DNA of 64,000 bases from a virus (IMGVR_UViG_3300037249_001368:32001-96000), one strand, 5' to 3'. Counted from the first letter of the stretch, positions 1-10,255 are shown. The notes: generated from the letters alone by a model not told the origin. Translations and numbers: made by a program.

Positions 1-1092
1 GGTACCAAGAAACTTTACATGCACAAGAACGCATTGGCTTCAGGTATTTGGGCTGAGTTCAACAGATACAAACTGATTCCTGATACCACTCAAGCCGGTG
101 CCTTCCACTGGAAGATAACCATCAGTGGTACAGTAAAAGAAGGTGATGTTTCTTGGGCTGCCGGTGATACTCTGGCAAGTATCGTTTCTCAAATGACTCC
201 TCAGGGTGTAGCCACTTACTTAACATTTACTGTTGCTGACGGTTACATCCAAGTGAGGACCGGTGGTTATTCCTCCAGCACATTTACCCTCACCAACGCC
301 AGTAATGTTGAGTTGAGAGACTTGTCCAAGTTCTGTAAAGTCAATGGTGAAGATGCCGCTCAGACCCACAGAACATGGCAAGCACAATCAGTTCACACCT
401 TGTTCCCTGATTCAGGATACTTGGCAGCCAACACTAAACAATACGCTGTGAGTGGTTTGAACTTATCATACCGTTGCGGTGGTAACTTGGCACGATTCAA
501 GTACTACTTCGAGGTCAGTGGTTCAGGTCATGGTGGTGTTGATTCATACTTAGCTGAATCAGACGTTTCGGCCCGTATGTCAAGAGTTGGTTTCGCCTCG
601 TGTGAAACTGGTTCATCTGCCGCTCAGGCACTGTTCAACAAATACAACGGAAGTTGGGATGAATACATGGAAGCATCCATGATTAAACTATACGACACCC
701 ACACCGATGGTATTGAGTATCAATCCAGAGATAACGGAGAATCTCAGAGTAAGTTCTTAGCCAGCGTTATGACGCTTGACTGGGACGAAACTACTTGGAT
801 TCCTGCATACCCGAAAGCATACCAAGCCGCTCAGATTGAGTTCGCTCAAGTCGGCACCGGCAATCTTCCGACTGACCATGAAATCGGTAAGTTTATGGAA
901 GATAGCAGAATGGCTCGTATGAATGTTGCTATAAACAACATTGGCGGTACCCGTATCACGAACTCATCTTACTATTGGTCGGTTGCGGAGTACATCGCCA
1001 TCAGCGCGTGGTGCTACTTCGGCAGCACCGGCTGTGTCGCCTACCTCAATAAGTACAGCAGCAACGGCGCGCGGGTGGTTCGGGCTTCATAG
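1..1092 (+). CDS. DGR target protein with C-terminal C-type-lectin-like variable region; probably 5'-truncated by the window edge
   Basis: Frame is open from base 1 (first ATG at 19). C-terminus YYWSVAEY..AW.Y...G.V...NK....ARVVR is typical of CLec-fold DGR targets, and the last ~37 codons match the TR. Confidence 0.88.
   Translation, partial: GTKKLYMHKNALASGIWAEFNRYKLIPDTTQAGAFHWKITISGTVKEGDVSWAAGDTLASIVSQMTPQGVATYLTFTVADGYIQVRTGGYSSSTFTLTNASNVELRDLSKFCKVNGEDAAQTHRTWQAQSVHTLFPDSGYLAANTKQYAVSGLNLSYRCGGNLARFKYYFEVSGSGHGGVDSYLAESDVSARMSRVGFASCETGSSAAQALFNKYNGSWDEYMEASMIKLYDTHTDGIEYQSRDNGESQSKFLASVMTLDWDETTWIPAYPKAYQAAQIEFAQVGTGNLPTDHEIGKFMEDSRMARMNVAINNIGGTRITNSSYYWSVAEYIAISAWCYFGSTGCVAYLNKYSSNGARVVRAS
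976..1087 (+). repeat. DGR variable repeat (VR) including IMH
   Basis: Aligns without gaps to 1965..2076. All 16 mismatches are at TR adenines (e.g. AAC->ATC/AGC/TTC/ACC/GCC/TAC/CTC). Ends in GC-rich GGCGCGCGGGTGGTTCGGG. Confidence 0.97.
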
Positions 1093-1127
1093 TGGAGTAA
1101 GTTTAACTTTTGTATTTTGTGAGGACC

Positions 1128-1151
1128 GCGGGCGTGCTTGCGCGCGCCCGC
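1128..1151 (+). promoter_or_regulatory. DGR target-recognition hairpin/cruciform downstream of VR
   Basis: GCGGGCGTGC-TTGC-GCGCGCCCGC inverted repeat ~40 nt after the IMH, the usual position for a DGR homing hairpin. Confidence 0.75.
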
Positions 1152-1373
1152 CTTATCTCGATTTCAAAAGCACAGATTTGTGATTTGAAATTCCAAAATT
1201 CGGAAATTCGGAAAGAAATACTCAAAAAGCTGCAAATTCACTTTTAATAAATAAAAAAGGAAATAGGTGCGTTTGCGCGCACCTTTCCGACTTTCACCGA
1301 TAAAATCAAACTTGCGATTTTCGTAAAAACAACAAACCATATAATAATCATAAACCCTTAAAATATTCATAAT

Positions 1374-1862
1374 ATGACCGACGGTTTTCAGCGAAAGCCA
1401 AACAGGCCCACAGACACGCAACTCGCTCATACCATAGAGCAGTTTGAAATGAAGCTTCTTAGTTATATCGATAAAGTGATGCCGAGAAAGTTTCGGTTTA
1501 CACTTATCGAGCAGTTGATTAACACCGTCGGTTGTGCAAGGGAACATGCTATTGATGGTTTGTCACTGAACATAGAATATTTCCCACGTGAGAAATACTT
1601 TCACATAAACATCTGTGAAAGTAAGTTCTACAACGTGGAAATTTTACTGAATCATCTCAATGACAATGGGATGCTTTCAGATAAAGCCAAAGCGGAATTT
1701 GACGTGGAAATTAACAATATCCACACCAACGCAGCTCGTCTTCTAAACTCCCTAAGTGTCAGAATCGAAAAATTAAATACATCAGACACATCATTGGTGT
1801 GTCCCCACTATGGGAGGCAGAGTTCTGTAGGTACGCCGAATGAAGAGACCTCTCCTAAATAA
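1374..1862 (+). CDS. avd: DGR accessory variability determinant (Avd-like four-helix bundle)
   Basis: 162 aa helical protein with MPRKFRFTLIEQL motif, between VR and TR/RT. Confidence 0.8.
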   Translation: MTDGFQRKPNRPTDTQLAHTIEQFEMKLLSYIDKVMPRKFRFTLIEQLINTVGCAREHAIDGLSLNIEYFPREKYFHINICESKFYNVEILLNHLNDNGMLSDKAKAEFDVEINNIHTNAARLLNSLSVRIEKLNTSDTSLVCPHYGRQSSVGTPNEETSPK

Positions 1863-1964
1863 GGATTCCCAACTGGTTGAGATATGAATCTAGCTAGTCA
1901 GTCCGATATGGGAAAGCACTGTCCGTCGCGGTTGGTCGTCCCTTGGGCGCTGTTGTCTGGCTCG

Positions 1965-2076
1965 AGGTCGGTTGCGGAGTACAACGCCAACAACGCGTGG
2001 TACTACAACGGCAACAACGGCTGTGTCAACAACAACAATAAGTACAACAGCAACGGCGCGCGGGTGGTTCGGGATT
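1965..2076 (+). ncRNA. DGR template repeat (TR)
   Basis: AAC-rich copy of the VR between avd and RT. Confidence 0.97.
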
Positions 2077-2111
2077 ATTTAGTAGTCAAGGTGGAAGACG
2101 TCGAAAATTGT

Positions 2112-2978
2112 ATGATTCCGCTAAGCAGATGGTATTCGGTTTATTGGCTTTGCAGACAACGTAAAGCCAGTAAACCTTCCCATCTTGCGTTTTATTACGG
2201 GATGCCGATGAATTTGATTGACCTGACCATTTCAATCAAAAACATGGAGTACATTCCTGAGCAAGGCATCTGTTTCATAATCACTTATCCAAGAATCAGA
2301 GAAGTCATCGCTGCAGATTTCATAGACAGACTTGTACAAACTTGGTTCTGTAAAAATCTTATGCCTTATTTGGAGAGATTTTTCTTACACAAGGATTCTT
2401 ACGCCTGTCGTGAAGGAAAGGGCACACTTGCCGCGGTTAGACAAGTCCAAGAATACATTTTTGACCTGAGTTGGGGATTTACCAGAGACGTTTGGCTGGC
2501 GAAATTAGATATCCAAAGTTTCTTTACAAGCATTGATCTGACACAACACCCTGATAAAATCTATTTACAGCACTACTCCAAAGGAGTTGAGTTCTTAGGA
2601 ATGAAAATAAGGTTTGACCGCGTTTTGCCAAGTGACAGAATCGTTCATAATTTCAGATGGAAAGTTGAGATGCACATCCGTAAAGGTACCAACAGTAACA
2701 AATATCTTTACAGAGAAGCAGAGCACTTCAGTCAGATAATAAACTCATACATGGGCTTATTCAAATGGTGTAACGCATATCGTTTGAGAAAAGAAATCCT
2801 GACACAAATCGCTGAAAGCTGTTGGGGTAAAATCTATGTTGTTTCTGAAAATTACACCAAAGTAAATGTGATTTACGGAGCAACCAGACGAGGTCTTTTC
2901 ATGCGTAAAAACAAAGTTCGTAAGAAAGCCAGAACCGCCATGCTAAACGAGTTCTATTCAAAATTAGAAGCAGCCTAA
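2112..2978 (+). pseudogene. DGR reverse transcriptase with an in-frame deletion of the catalytic core (the ORF can extend to ATG 1884, through the TR)
   Basis: Has PRIREVIAADFIDRLVQ, DSYACREGKGT, KLDIQSFFTSID and HPDK..GVEFLG, but SID is joined directly to LTQHPDK. No GLPIG/SQ motif and no YxDD. Confidence 0.8.
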
Positions 2979-3026
2979 AAATTCATAACTCGACGGTTTA
3001 TACATATCCATAAATATACCAGAATC

Positions 3027-5465
3027 ATGCTTAGAATTTTTGATAGCAATCATGACCAAATCAGTCGAAACACGATTATATCCAAAAATCGTTTCAACAT
3101 CTATGCTCATCAGAAATTCACGATTCAGATTCTGAAGTTCTCGAAGGATGCTGAAACCAACCCACCAAGGCTCTATGACTTGGAGCATAACTCGGTAGAC
3201 TACCTCGAAAACATCTATTTCTGTACTCTGTACATTCCTAAAAATGAGACAAAAGTTGTAATCAGGGTTTTCGAAGATTTTACCCATTCGGTGTTCGTTG
3301 ATTACATGGTGGAGTATAATGATGGGAATATCCTATCTGATGACCAGCAGCATTACAACGACATCATGACGAATAAGGGCATGCCTCCTTACGAGGACAT
3401 AGCCAAATCAGTCATTCCTGAATCAGATTATGACTCCCGAGAACTTATCAAAAAACTGCTTCTTGACCTGAACAAGATTTTCAAAAACAAAGGAACCAAA
3501 GAATCAGTAGAAAACTTTTTCAAGTTCCTCGGTTATGAAGATTATACAGATAACAGACTTATCATTTCTGACATTCTTGATGACAACCAAGAAAAAACAG
3601 GATATTATGAAGCACTGTATCATTATTATAAACAGATATACCGTCCTGAGTTTGATGAAAATAATCTACCTAATGTAGAAATCAACATACTGAATATAGA
3701 CGGTTTCAAGGAAGCACTTTTACACGCAATCAAGATTGCTAACAAATACTTCACAACCGAAGAACAACTGATTGATGTTGTAAACATTCAGTTTAGTGCA
3801 AACTCACCAAAGTTTGATTCTATTGTTTCGAGGAACCGTTTGCATTTCCAATACGATGCCCTGTATTTCCGTCATGACGTGAAAATTAATGTCCATACTT
3901 ATGATGAGTATGAGCGATTTAAGCAATGGCACGTCAAGGACACTGCTACGATAAACCTGAATCTCCCTAAGCATGAAATCAAGTATTTCATGACTGCCGA
4001 AGAAATCGCAGAAATCCAGAGCATAGAGTTCTTCAAAATCACTGATGAGATTTTCGAGGATACTGAGATTCTCCCAAGTCAAATGGCCGACATTAGAAGA
4101 GGTTTCGGTGCCATTCTTCATATTTCTGTCACAATTCCATCAACAACAATCACTACGAGAAGATGGGTTGAAACAGAGTTTTATAACATCGAGGACCCGT
4201 CTATCAAAATAACCACACCGAGGGTTGAGTTGGATACCGATGATGAAATCACCGAGCAGATAGCAGTTTTCAAGAATGGTGTATACAGATTTTTGGTTAA
4301 CATTTACGACACTTACGGAGCTAAGGAAACATACTTCTATGATTTTGTCCTTGCTCAGGAAAATGTCAGAATCGATACCGATGTTTTCACCTCCAAGAAC
4401 TTAACATCACTCAACAACCCTAATGAAATCTATCAAGACACCACTGTTCCGAATTTGTCATTGACGGAAGTCAGATTGGATATACCTGTCGGAAACAATG
4501 TATTTGTTCCGATAAACAGTTACCAACTTTCACAAGCAGATGTACCAACCAATCTAGCCACATATTATGATGTAGATTCACCAATGCACATAGACAGATG
4601 GCTGTCAAAGAAATATGTCAGACAGTTTGAGAAGTTCAACATGAACTATCGACTGAAAGATATCACAGAATCAATCCCGATTGCTTTGATAGATTCATTC
4701 TTAGACATAAATGTTCTGCCAAAATCAGAATCAGATGAAGACATTTATGTTGAAATCTACGACCCATTCAGCAAAACGCGGTTGGTGCCTTTATCAGAAC
4801 TCAATGAATCAATGAGTCCTCTCGATAACCTGTTTGTGTTCCATTCAGAAATTTTTGAGAGAAGATACCGTGTTTTGGATGATTACGTGGATGTGTCACT
4901 TGGTGACCATTGGGTGATAATCGGAATGTTGTCAGGATTCAATCTTGATAACTTCAATGAGAGAATATTCATCAAACGAGGTGCAGAATATATCAGAATA
5001 ACAGAAGTCGAGGGTTTCTATAAATCCAAACAACCTCTGTATTATGATATCCCGATGGCTATAACTCAAGACGAAGTCACTGAATACTATGCGTCAGATA
5101 CAGGGTTATATGCCTATGTAAAGCAGCAGGACGACACGGTTGAAACAATTCCGTGTATTAAGTCCCTGTTCCCACACCTGACCAAAATGAGAGATTATCA
5201 CGAGAGTTATGGTTTGAAACTGAACGATGTGGTTTACGCAGCCGTCTCACCAAAATATATAGATTATCCGTTTGAATGTGAATGGGACGTGCAAGACACA
5301 TTTACTCATGAATCTCTCAAATTCTCAAAATCGAAAACTTTATTATATAGATACAAACTGAAAAATATCATAGACATCTTGTTGAAGTTTTATCTTCAGG
5401 GTTTTGACCAAACCTACGAACACGTGAAACTTCTCCAATCTGTACAAAGTTATCAAGAATCATGA
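3027..5465 (+). CDS. Putative baseplate wedge/structural protein
   Basis: 812 aa. KNKGTKESVENFFKFLGY resembles the KGT..S..F motif of myovirus wedge (gp7-like) proteins; sits in the baseplate cluster. Confidence 0.5.
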   Translation: MLRIFDSNHDQISRNTIISKNRFNIYAHQKFTIQILKFSKDAETNPPRLYDLEHNSVDYLENIYFCTLYIPKNETKVVIRVFEDFTHSVFVDYMVEYNDGNILSDDQQHYNDIMTNKGMPPYEDIAKSVIPESDYDSRELIKKLLLDLNKIFKNKGTKESVENFFKFLGYEDYTDNRLIISDILDDNQEKTGYYEALYHYYKQIYRPEFDENNLPNVEINILNIDGFKEALLHAIKIANKYFTTEEQLIDVVNIQFSANSPKFDSIVSRNRLHFQYDALYFRHDVKINVHTYDEYERFKQWHVKDTATINLNLPKHEIKYFMTAEEIAEIQSIEFFKITDEIFEDTEILPSQMADIRRGFGAILHISVTIPSTTITTRRWVETEFYNIEDPSIKITTPRVELDTDDEITEQIAVFKNGVYRFLVNIYDTYGAKETYFYDFVLAQENVRIDTDVFTSKNLTSLNNPNEIYQDTTVPNLSLTEVRLDIPVGNNVFVPINSYQLSQADVPTNLATYYDVDSPMHIDRWLSKKYVRQFEKFNMNYRLKDITESIPIALIDSFLDINVLPKSESDEDIYVEIYDPFSKTRLVPLSELNESMSPLDNLFVFHSEIFERRYRVLDDYVDVSLGDHWVIIGMLSGFNLDNFNERIFIKRGAEYIRITEVEGFYKSKQPLYYDIPMAITQDEVTEYYASDTGLYAYVKQQDDTVETIPCIKSLFPHLTKMRDYHESYGLKLNDVVYAAVSPKYIDYPFECEWDVQDTFTHESLKFSKSKTLLYRYKLKNIIDILLKFYLQGFDQTYEHVKLLQSVQSYQES

Positions 5466-5986
5466 ATAAGATAGACAATCTGCTGTTTGCCAAATACAAA
5501 AAAGAATTTGTCAAGCACCCTGACAAGTATCTGAATGTCGAAAATCTTCTGAAAGAGATTAAGAAATACACCAATCACAATGATTTGGAAGAGTATGTCC
5601 TTGCGGAGATGTGCAGAGGTTTGTTCAAGCTTAAACTCGAAACAATCCTTAAAGAAGCAGGCTTTGCTTTTTATGACTTCATCGACGAGAGCAAATTCCG
5701 TAAATACTGTATCGAGTGGGATATGTCTCAGGAAGATAACGTTAAAGCAATGTTCATGGACGCTAAAGTTATGAAGACTGTTTTCAAACAGGTCAACGCT
5801 GCTTTATCGAGAACAAGAATTGTGTTGGTGCCGACATTCCCTGAGCACCAATTATGGACCGACAGAATTAATTTCGTCGATAGTCTTGATTACGACGGGT
5901 ACGAGTTCTTAGATTTCTGTGATGATGCAGATTCTGATACTCTCCACGACGTGTCAAAATATATCGACTTCATCATTGTAAAATAA
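5462..5986 (+). CDS. Hypothetical protein
   Basis: 174 aa ORF with ATGA overlap with the upstream gene. Confidence 0.75.
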   Translation: MNKIDNLLFAKYKKEFVKHPDKYLNVENLLKEIKKYTNHNDLEEYVLAEMCRGLFKLKLETILKEAGFAFYDFIDESKFRKYCIEWDMSQEDNVKAMFMDAKVMKTVFKQVNAALSRTRIVLVPTFPEHQLWTDRINFVDSLDYDGYEFLDFCDDADSDTLHDVSKYIDFIIVK

Positions 5987-5991
5987 TTGCC

Positions 5992-7056
5992 ATGAATCTC
6001 CCCTATTTTGACCCAATCCAAACCAATCCCGAAAGAAGCACTTATTATGCTTTCAGTAAGGCTATGAAGGATTTGGATAAGGCTATAACCGAGAACAAGT
6101 TGTGGTATTTCACCAAGATGATTGCTTTAGACCTGCCCCTGTGGAACATGGCTGATATGTTTTTCAGGTTCAGAAAGAGCACTTCGTCTCCCGCTGGTGA
6201 CATAACCAATTATTACGAAGACCTCGAAACTGGGCCTTTCCCTGAACTTGAAACAGACAGTTACATCAATCCAAATGTTGTCATTCCGAAGATGTTTCAG
6301 TACTATTTGGAAAACATCATTCGTCAGACGAATGTGACTAACAATGGTATTAATGACGGTTCAGAGGAACACATCGCCGAACTGGCATTTTGGAAAACCC
6401 TGAATAAGATGGGAATCAGTAATGACAAGATTTATGGACTCAATGGGGAGAAGTCTATTGTAACTTACGCAAATTCCATCTTTACTTCTTCGTTTACTGA
6501 TGTCAGCAACAATCATGGTTGGTGTGAGATTTTGGGTGGTATTCCTAACAAGTGTCCGTTGCTCAAAGTTGACGGAACATCTTGGAATGTTTTGACCAAT
6601 ATTGACAGTGTCATTAGTGCTGACGAAAACCGTGACCATGCGATTTACGACGATGGAGACGGAAGTTTCTCGTTTGACATGGCGAACAACAAACGCGTAT
6701 TCGATTTTGAGCACGCGGTTTACGACGAGGATGATGTTCAAGAATTTGACTTCAATACTCTGCTTCTATTTTACACTGATTGGACTGGTGTTCAGAAACT
6801 ACACGGCGTTGATTTCATCTTCCCATTCAAAGAAACTATGGATGGTTGGGGACAAGAAAAAATCAAGCACTGGAGCAACAATCTGCAATCATTCGGTTAC
6901 AGCTTTAAGTTTAACATGAAGAGTTGTAACAATCAGGTCAGCAAATCAGAAGTGTATGAAATCAACGAGGAGACATTCTATGATGTTTTCGAGGAATCCA
7001 TGAGCAACTTCAATTCGTTCTTAGAACTTCAAAAACAAAGAGGTGAGATAATCTGA
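5992..7056 (+). CDS. Hypothetical, probably structural (baseplate cluster)
   Basis: 354 aa ORF tightly packed in the operon. Confidence 0.7.
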   Translation: MNLPYFDPIQTNPERSTYYAFSKAMKDLDKAITENKLWYFTKMIALDLPLWNMADMFFRFRKSTSSPAGDITNYYEDLETGPFPELETDSYINPNVVIPKMFQYYLENIIRQTNVTNNGINDGSEEHIAELAFWKTLNKMGISNDKIYGLNGEKSIVTYANSIFTSSFTDVSNNHGWCEILGGIPNKCPLLKVDGTSWNVLTNIDSVISADENRDHAIYDDGDGSFSFDMANNKRVFDFEHAVYDEDDVQEFDFNTLLLFYTDWTGVQKLHGVDFIFPFKETMDGWGQEKIKHWSNNLQSFGYSFKFNMKSCNNQVSKSEVYEINEETFYDVFEESMSNFNSFLELQKQRGEII

Positions 7057-7067
7057 ATATCTGAGTT

Positions 7068-7433
7068 ATGATTGATTTGGCTTTGAATACTGACGGAAGT
7101 CTTGAGAAGAATTTCACGGACGACCCATTCCATCTTTTCATCCAAGAACTGGCTGTGATTTTTTCTTTGGATGAAACAGATTTTTATGGTTTTCCGAGAG
7201 TTCTAAATCTTAAGAAATACGTTTTTTCAAAGAACTTGTCAAACACTCAGATATCTAATGAAATCAGGAAATTTGTGATTGACAACTGCGAACATTCAAC
7301 ATACATGAAATGGGACGTTGTCACCAATTTTATCAAGACTCCTGAGAACCGTGATGTTGTTTACATAATTTTTAATATATACAAAAACAACGGGGAAGTT
7401 TATACTGACCAATTCGTAATCGGAAATGCCTAA
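7068..7433 (+). CDS. gp25-like baseplate protein (tentative)
   Basis: 121 aa, directly upstream of the gp6-like gene; size and order fit. Confidence 0.45.
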   Translation: MIDLALNTDGSLEKNFTDDPFHLFIQELAVIFSLDETDFYGFPRVLNLKKYVFSKNLSNTQISNEIRKFVIDNCEHSTYMKWDVVTNFIKTPENRDVVYIIFNIYKNNGEVYTDQFVIGNA

Positions 7434-8931
7434 CAAAACCAAAGATATAACACAATCCGTTAAAGGAGTTTTCAGCGATTTCATATCAACGAGAGTTCCT
7501 CAGAAGATTTCTAATGTGCTTTGGGGTCTTTTCAATGGTGTCACTGCTGCTATGGAACATCTTGAGTGGAAGATAGACACCATGATTCGGGAACGAAACA
7601 TCCTGACAGCAACACATAAATCTTCATTGAGGTCCTTGGCTGCTGAAAATGGTTTTGAACCGAAACTCAGAACTCCATCACAAGGTTTAATTAAACTTAC
7701 AATCAACCAAGCTCTGTACAACAGGGTCGGTTATCCTCTTTTCATACCGCCCTACGCCGAATTTAAGTGCAAGGAAAACGGTATGACTTATTACTATGAT
7801 TCCGATACAGCATTAAGGTTGGTTGGTTCCAGTTATAAGATTCCTGTTGTTGAGGGAGAAATCAAAAACATGTTTGTAACGGCTACCGGTGAATCAATAC
7901 AGAGAATTTATCTGTCTGATGATACTATTGCCAATAACAGTATTTCTGTTTACGTTGGTGATGACAGGTTTGTTGAGGTGAAATCATTCTTTGATAACAT
8001 GAATCTCAACGACAACAAGCAGTTCATTGTCAAGTTTTCACACAATCCTCAAACACCGATAATCATATACCTCAAAGGTGCTAACAATGGTGATTCATTA
8101 AAGATTGAGTATCGGACGACTTATGGGGAATATGGCAACATCACTGAGTACTCCACTTTTGAGACAAATGACATCATCAATAAGAACGGGGACGAGATTT
8201 CTGTTTCTGACGATGAGATGCTCATAGATTCGTCATTTGGTTTTAATTTGGGTTCCAATGGCACTGACATCAATGCAATGAAAGCAGCCATTGGTTATAA
8301 TCACGGCAGTTCACTGTTGTTTGATACCATAACTTACAAAAACTTCATAAACGGTTTCAGCACACTTCTCCTCCAAAACATATTTGTTGACCCCAACAAA
8401 CGAAGTGTGAACAGGATTTTTGTTTCTAAGAAGCAGTGCTTGAATTTGGTGAATGCTTCGATAGAATCTGAATACCGAAAAGTGGTAGAAAACAACTTAT
8501 ATGTCCTGTCAGAAGCCAACAAAAAAGAGTTATCAAACATTTTATCAGAACATGAGCACTGCTTAAGTTCTCATGAGATTTACGATGCACTGGTTTGTAA
8601 GTACGCGTTTCAGATAATGTTTGATACCGTTCAGGAAAAGGATTATCACCAAAGTAGGATTGCTTCTTTGATTTACAAAGAGTTCGCGCAATTCCTTTAT
8701 GACAAGAGTCATGTTTTTTACATTGACGACTTCATCCATGATTACGAAGTAAATAACAATATAAATCTGGATTACTATGTTTTCAAATCTGTTGATGATG
8801 GTGATTCAGAGAAGCGTCAGATAAAACACGCCGATTACCTACCCGTACTTCAGGGCAATTTCGACATTACGACTGACGACGGCAACATGGTTCAGCTGTT
8901 CGCAGATATAAACTTTGTTGTACGCAATTAG
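7426..8931 (+). CDS. Baseplate wedge subunit, T4 gp6-like
   Basis: NILTATHKSSLRSLAAENGFEP matches the gp6-family N-terminal pattern; later IEYRTTYGEYGN. Confidence 0.7.
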   Translation: MPNKTKDITQSVKGVFSDFISTRVPQKISNVLWGLFNGVTAAMEHLEWKIDTMIRERNILTATHKSSLRSLAAENGFEPKLRTPSQGLIKLTINQALYNRVGYPLFIPPYAEFKCKENGMTYYYDSDTALRLVGSSYKIPVVEGEIKNMFVTATGESIQRIYLSDDTIANNSISVYVGDDRFVEVKSFFDNMNLNDNKQFIVKFSHNPQTPIIIYLKGANNGDSLKIEYRTTYGEYGNITEYSTFETNDIINKNGDEISVSDDEMLIDSSFGFNLGSNGTDINAMKAAIGYNHGSSLLFDTITYKNFINGFSTLLLQNIFVDPNKRSVNRIFVSKKQCLNLVNASIESEYRKVVENNLYVLSEANKKELSNILSEHEHCLSSHEIYDALVCKYAFQIMFDTVQEKDYHQSRIASLIYKEFAQFLYDKSHVFYIDDFIHDYEVNNNINLDYYVFKSVDDGDSEKRQIKHADYLPVLQGNFDITTDDGNMVQLFADINFVVRN

Positions 8932-8965
8932 TGTGAGTGCTCGGTATAATCAAAATTTATCAATT

Positions 8966-10183
8966 ATGACAAAACTCGTAAGTTCTCTGGAAGATTTGTG
9001 TTTGGATGCACATCTGTCATTTACGGTGGAAAAGAGTGTTGGAACTAACACCTTCGTCATCACACCTGACTCTGCATCCCAAGCCATTTTCGACAGAATG
9101 AAAAACGGTTCTTATATCAAATTCTGGAACGCTGGTGAGTCCAAGAAAGGTATCGCCATTGTCGGAAAATTTGAAACAGGACCAAACGCAGGTTTGATAT
9201 ACATGAAAGTCATCGCTCAGATACAGAACGCTGTGGATGAGGGTGATTCTCTGTATACTTACTCCTACTTCAACAAGAATTACAAGTTCTTAAATGAATA
9301 CCAAACGCTGCAGGATATTTTGGAATATTTCCAAGCACCCGCAGACGTCAACAACGCAGTAGATTTCATACTTGACAACGGTGGGTTGAGTCAGGAAAAT
9401 GGAGTGCTGATGGTTGAGCCCTACAACTCCCGCCACATTCTAATGTCACCAACCCAAGAATCAAAACTTGGGAAATTACCGTATGTCATCAGTCTGTATC
9501 AACCAATTTACGTCAACACAAGAACTTCAATGTTCTATATCAAAAAAGTCACCTCGGAAAAATCGAGACTTTTTAGAGTTCATGGTTCTTGTACCAACGG
9601 CAGACAATTTGATTTTGACATAGACATCAGTTCACCGAGCGGAACAGATGTTGTGACCGTCTACAACAGGCCTCGAGGATTTTATATGAATCTCTTCATC
9701 TGCCTAAGAAAAGCCTCTAATGATGATTTATATTATCAAGTGTGCTTCGAGCGTGATGAGAAAAATCCTGAAATGTATAAGGATTTCACGGTAGACGTTA
9801 TGTCAATAGAAACACCGTTCCCTGACCACATCAAATACGACATCAATCCTTATCCAAATTATCAGACATTTTTGAATTGGGCACAGGATGACATTGAACT
9901 TACGCCTAGATTCATAATGGCTGACACAACAGGTGCTTATGTTGAGATTGGTGGTTCTGGCACTTCTTACTATAAGACGGTTGCCAACGAAGGAACATCA
10001 AAAGTGATTCCTGCTTCTACTCATAATCGGGGCTTAATGCCAAGCGTTGAGTGTTACGGTATTGAGCAAAATGTCAACAGAAGTTTGCAGACCGAGGTTC
10101 TGATAAACCAATATGGAGACGTCGAGGTGACATGGAATGGCGGCGTTTCCTTGGCAGACCCTGTCCTAATTGTAATCAAATAA
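8966..10183 (+). CDS. Virion structural protein
   Basis: ATG at 8966 within ORF 8915..10183. C-terminal IPASTHNRGLMPSVECY module resembles the C-terminus of 11434..12639. Confidence 0.6.
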   Translation: MTKLVSSLEDLCLDAHLSFTVEKSVGTNTFVITPDSASQAIFDRMKNGSYIKFWNAGESKKGIAIVGKFETGPNAGLIYMKVIAQIQNAVDEGDSLYTYSYFNKNYKFLNEYQTLQDILEYFQAPADVNNAVDFILDNGGLSQENGVLMVEPYNSRHILMSPTQESKLGKLPYVISLYQPIYVNTRTSMFYIKKVTSEKSRLFRVHGSCTNGRQFDFDIDISSPSGTDVVTVYNRPRGFYMNLFICLRKASNDDLYYQVCFERDEKNPEMYKDFTVDVMSIETPFPDHIKYDINPYPNYQTFLNWAQDDIELTPRFIMADTTGAYVEIGGSGTSYYKTVANEGTSKVIPASTHNRGLMPSVECYGIEQNVNRSLQTEVLINQYGDVEVTWNGGVSLADPVLIVIK

Positions 10184-10255
10184 TCAAAATAACCAAAAAC
10201 ATGAGGCCTTCAAAATCAGGTTACTTATGTCAAACCATTTAATAATTTACCAAAA

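Noticed and set aside
1884-2111. Asn-rich N-terminal extension of the RT as a real domain
   Set aside because: It is the TR read in frame; RT-like sequence begins around 2090-2112.
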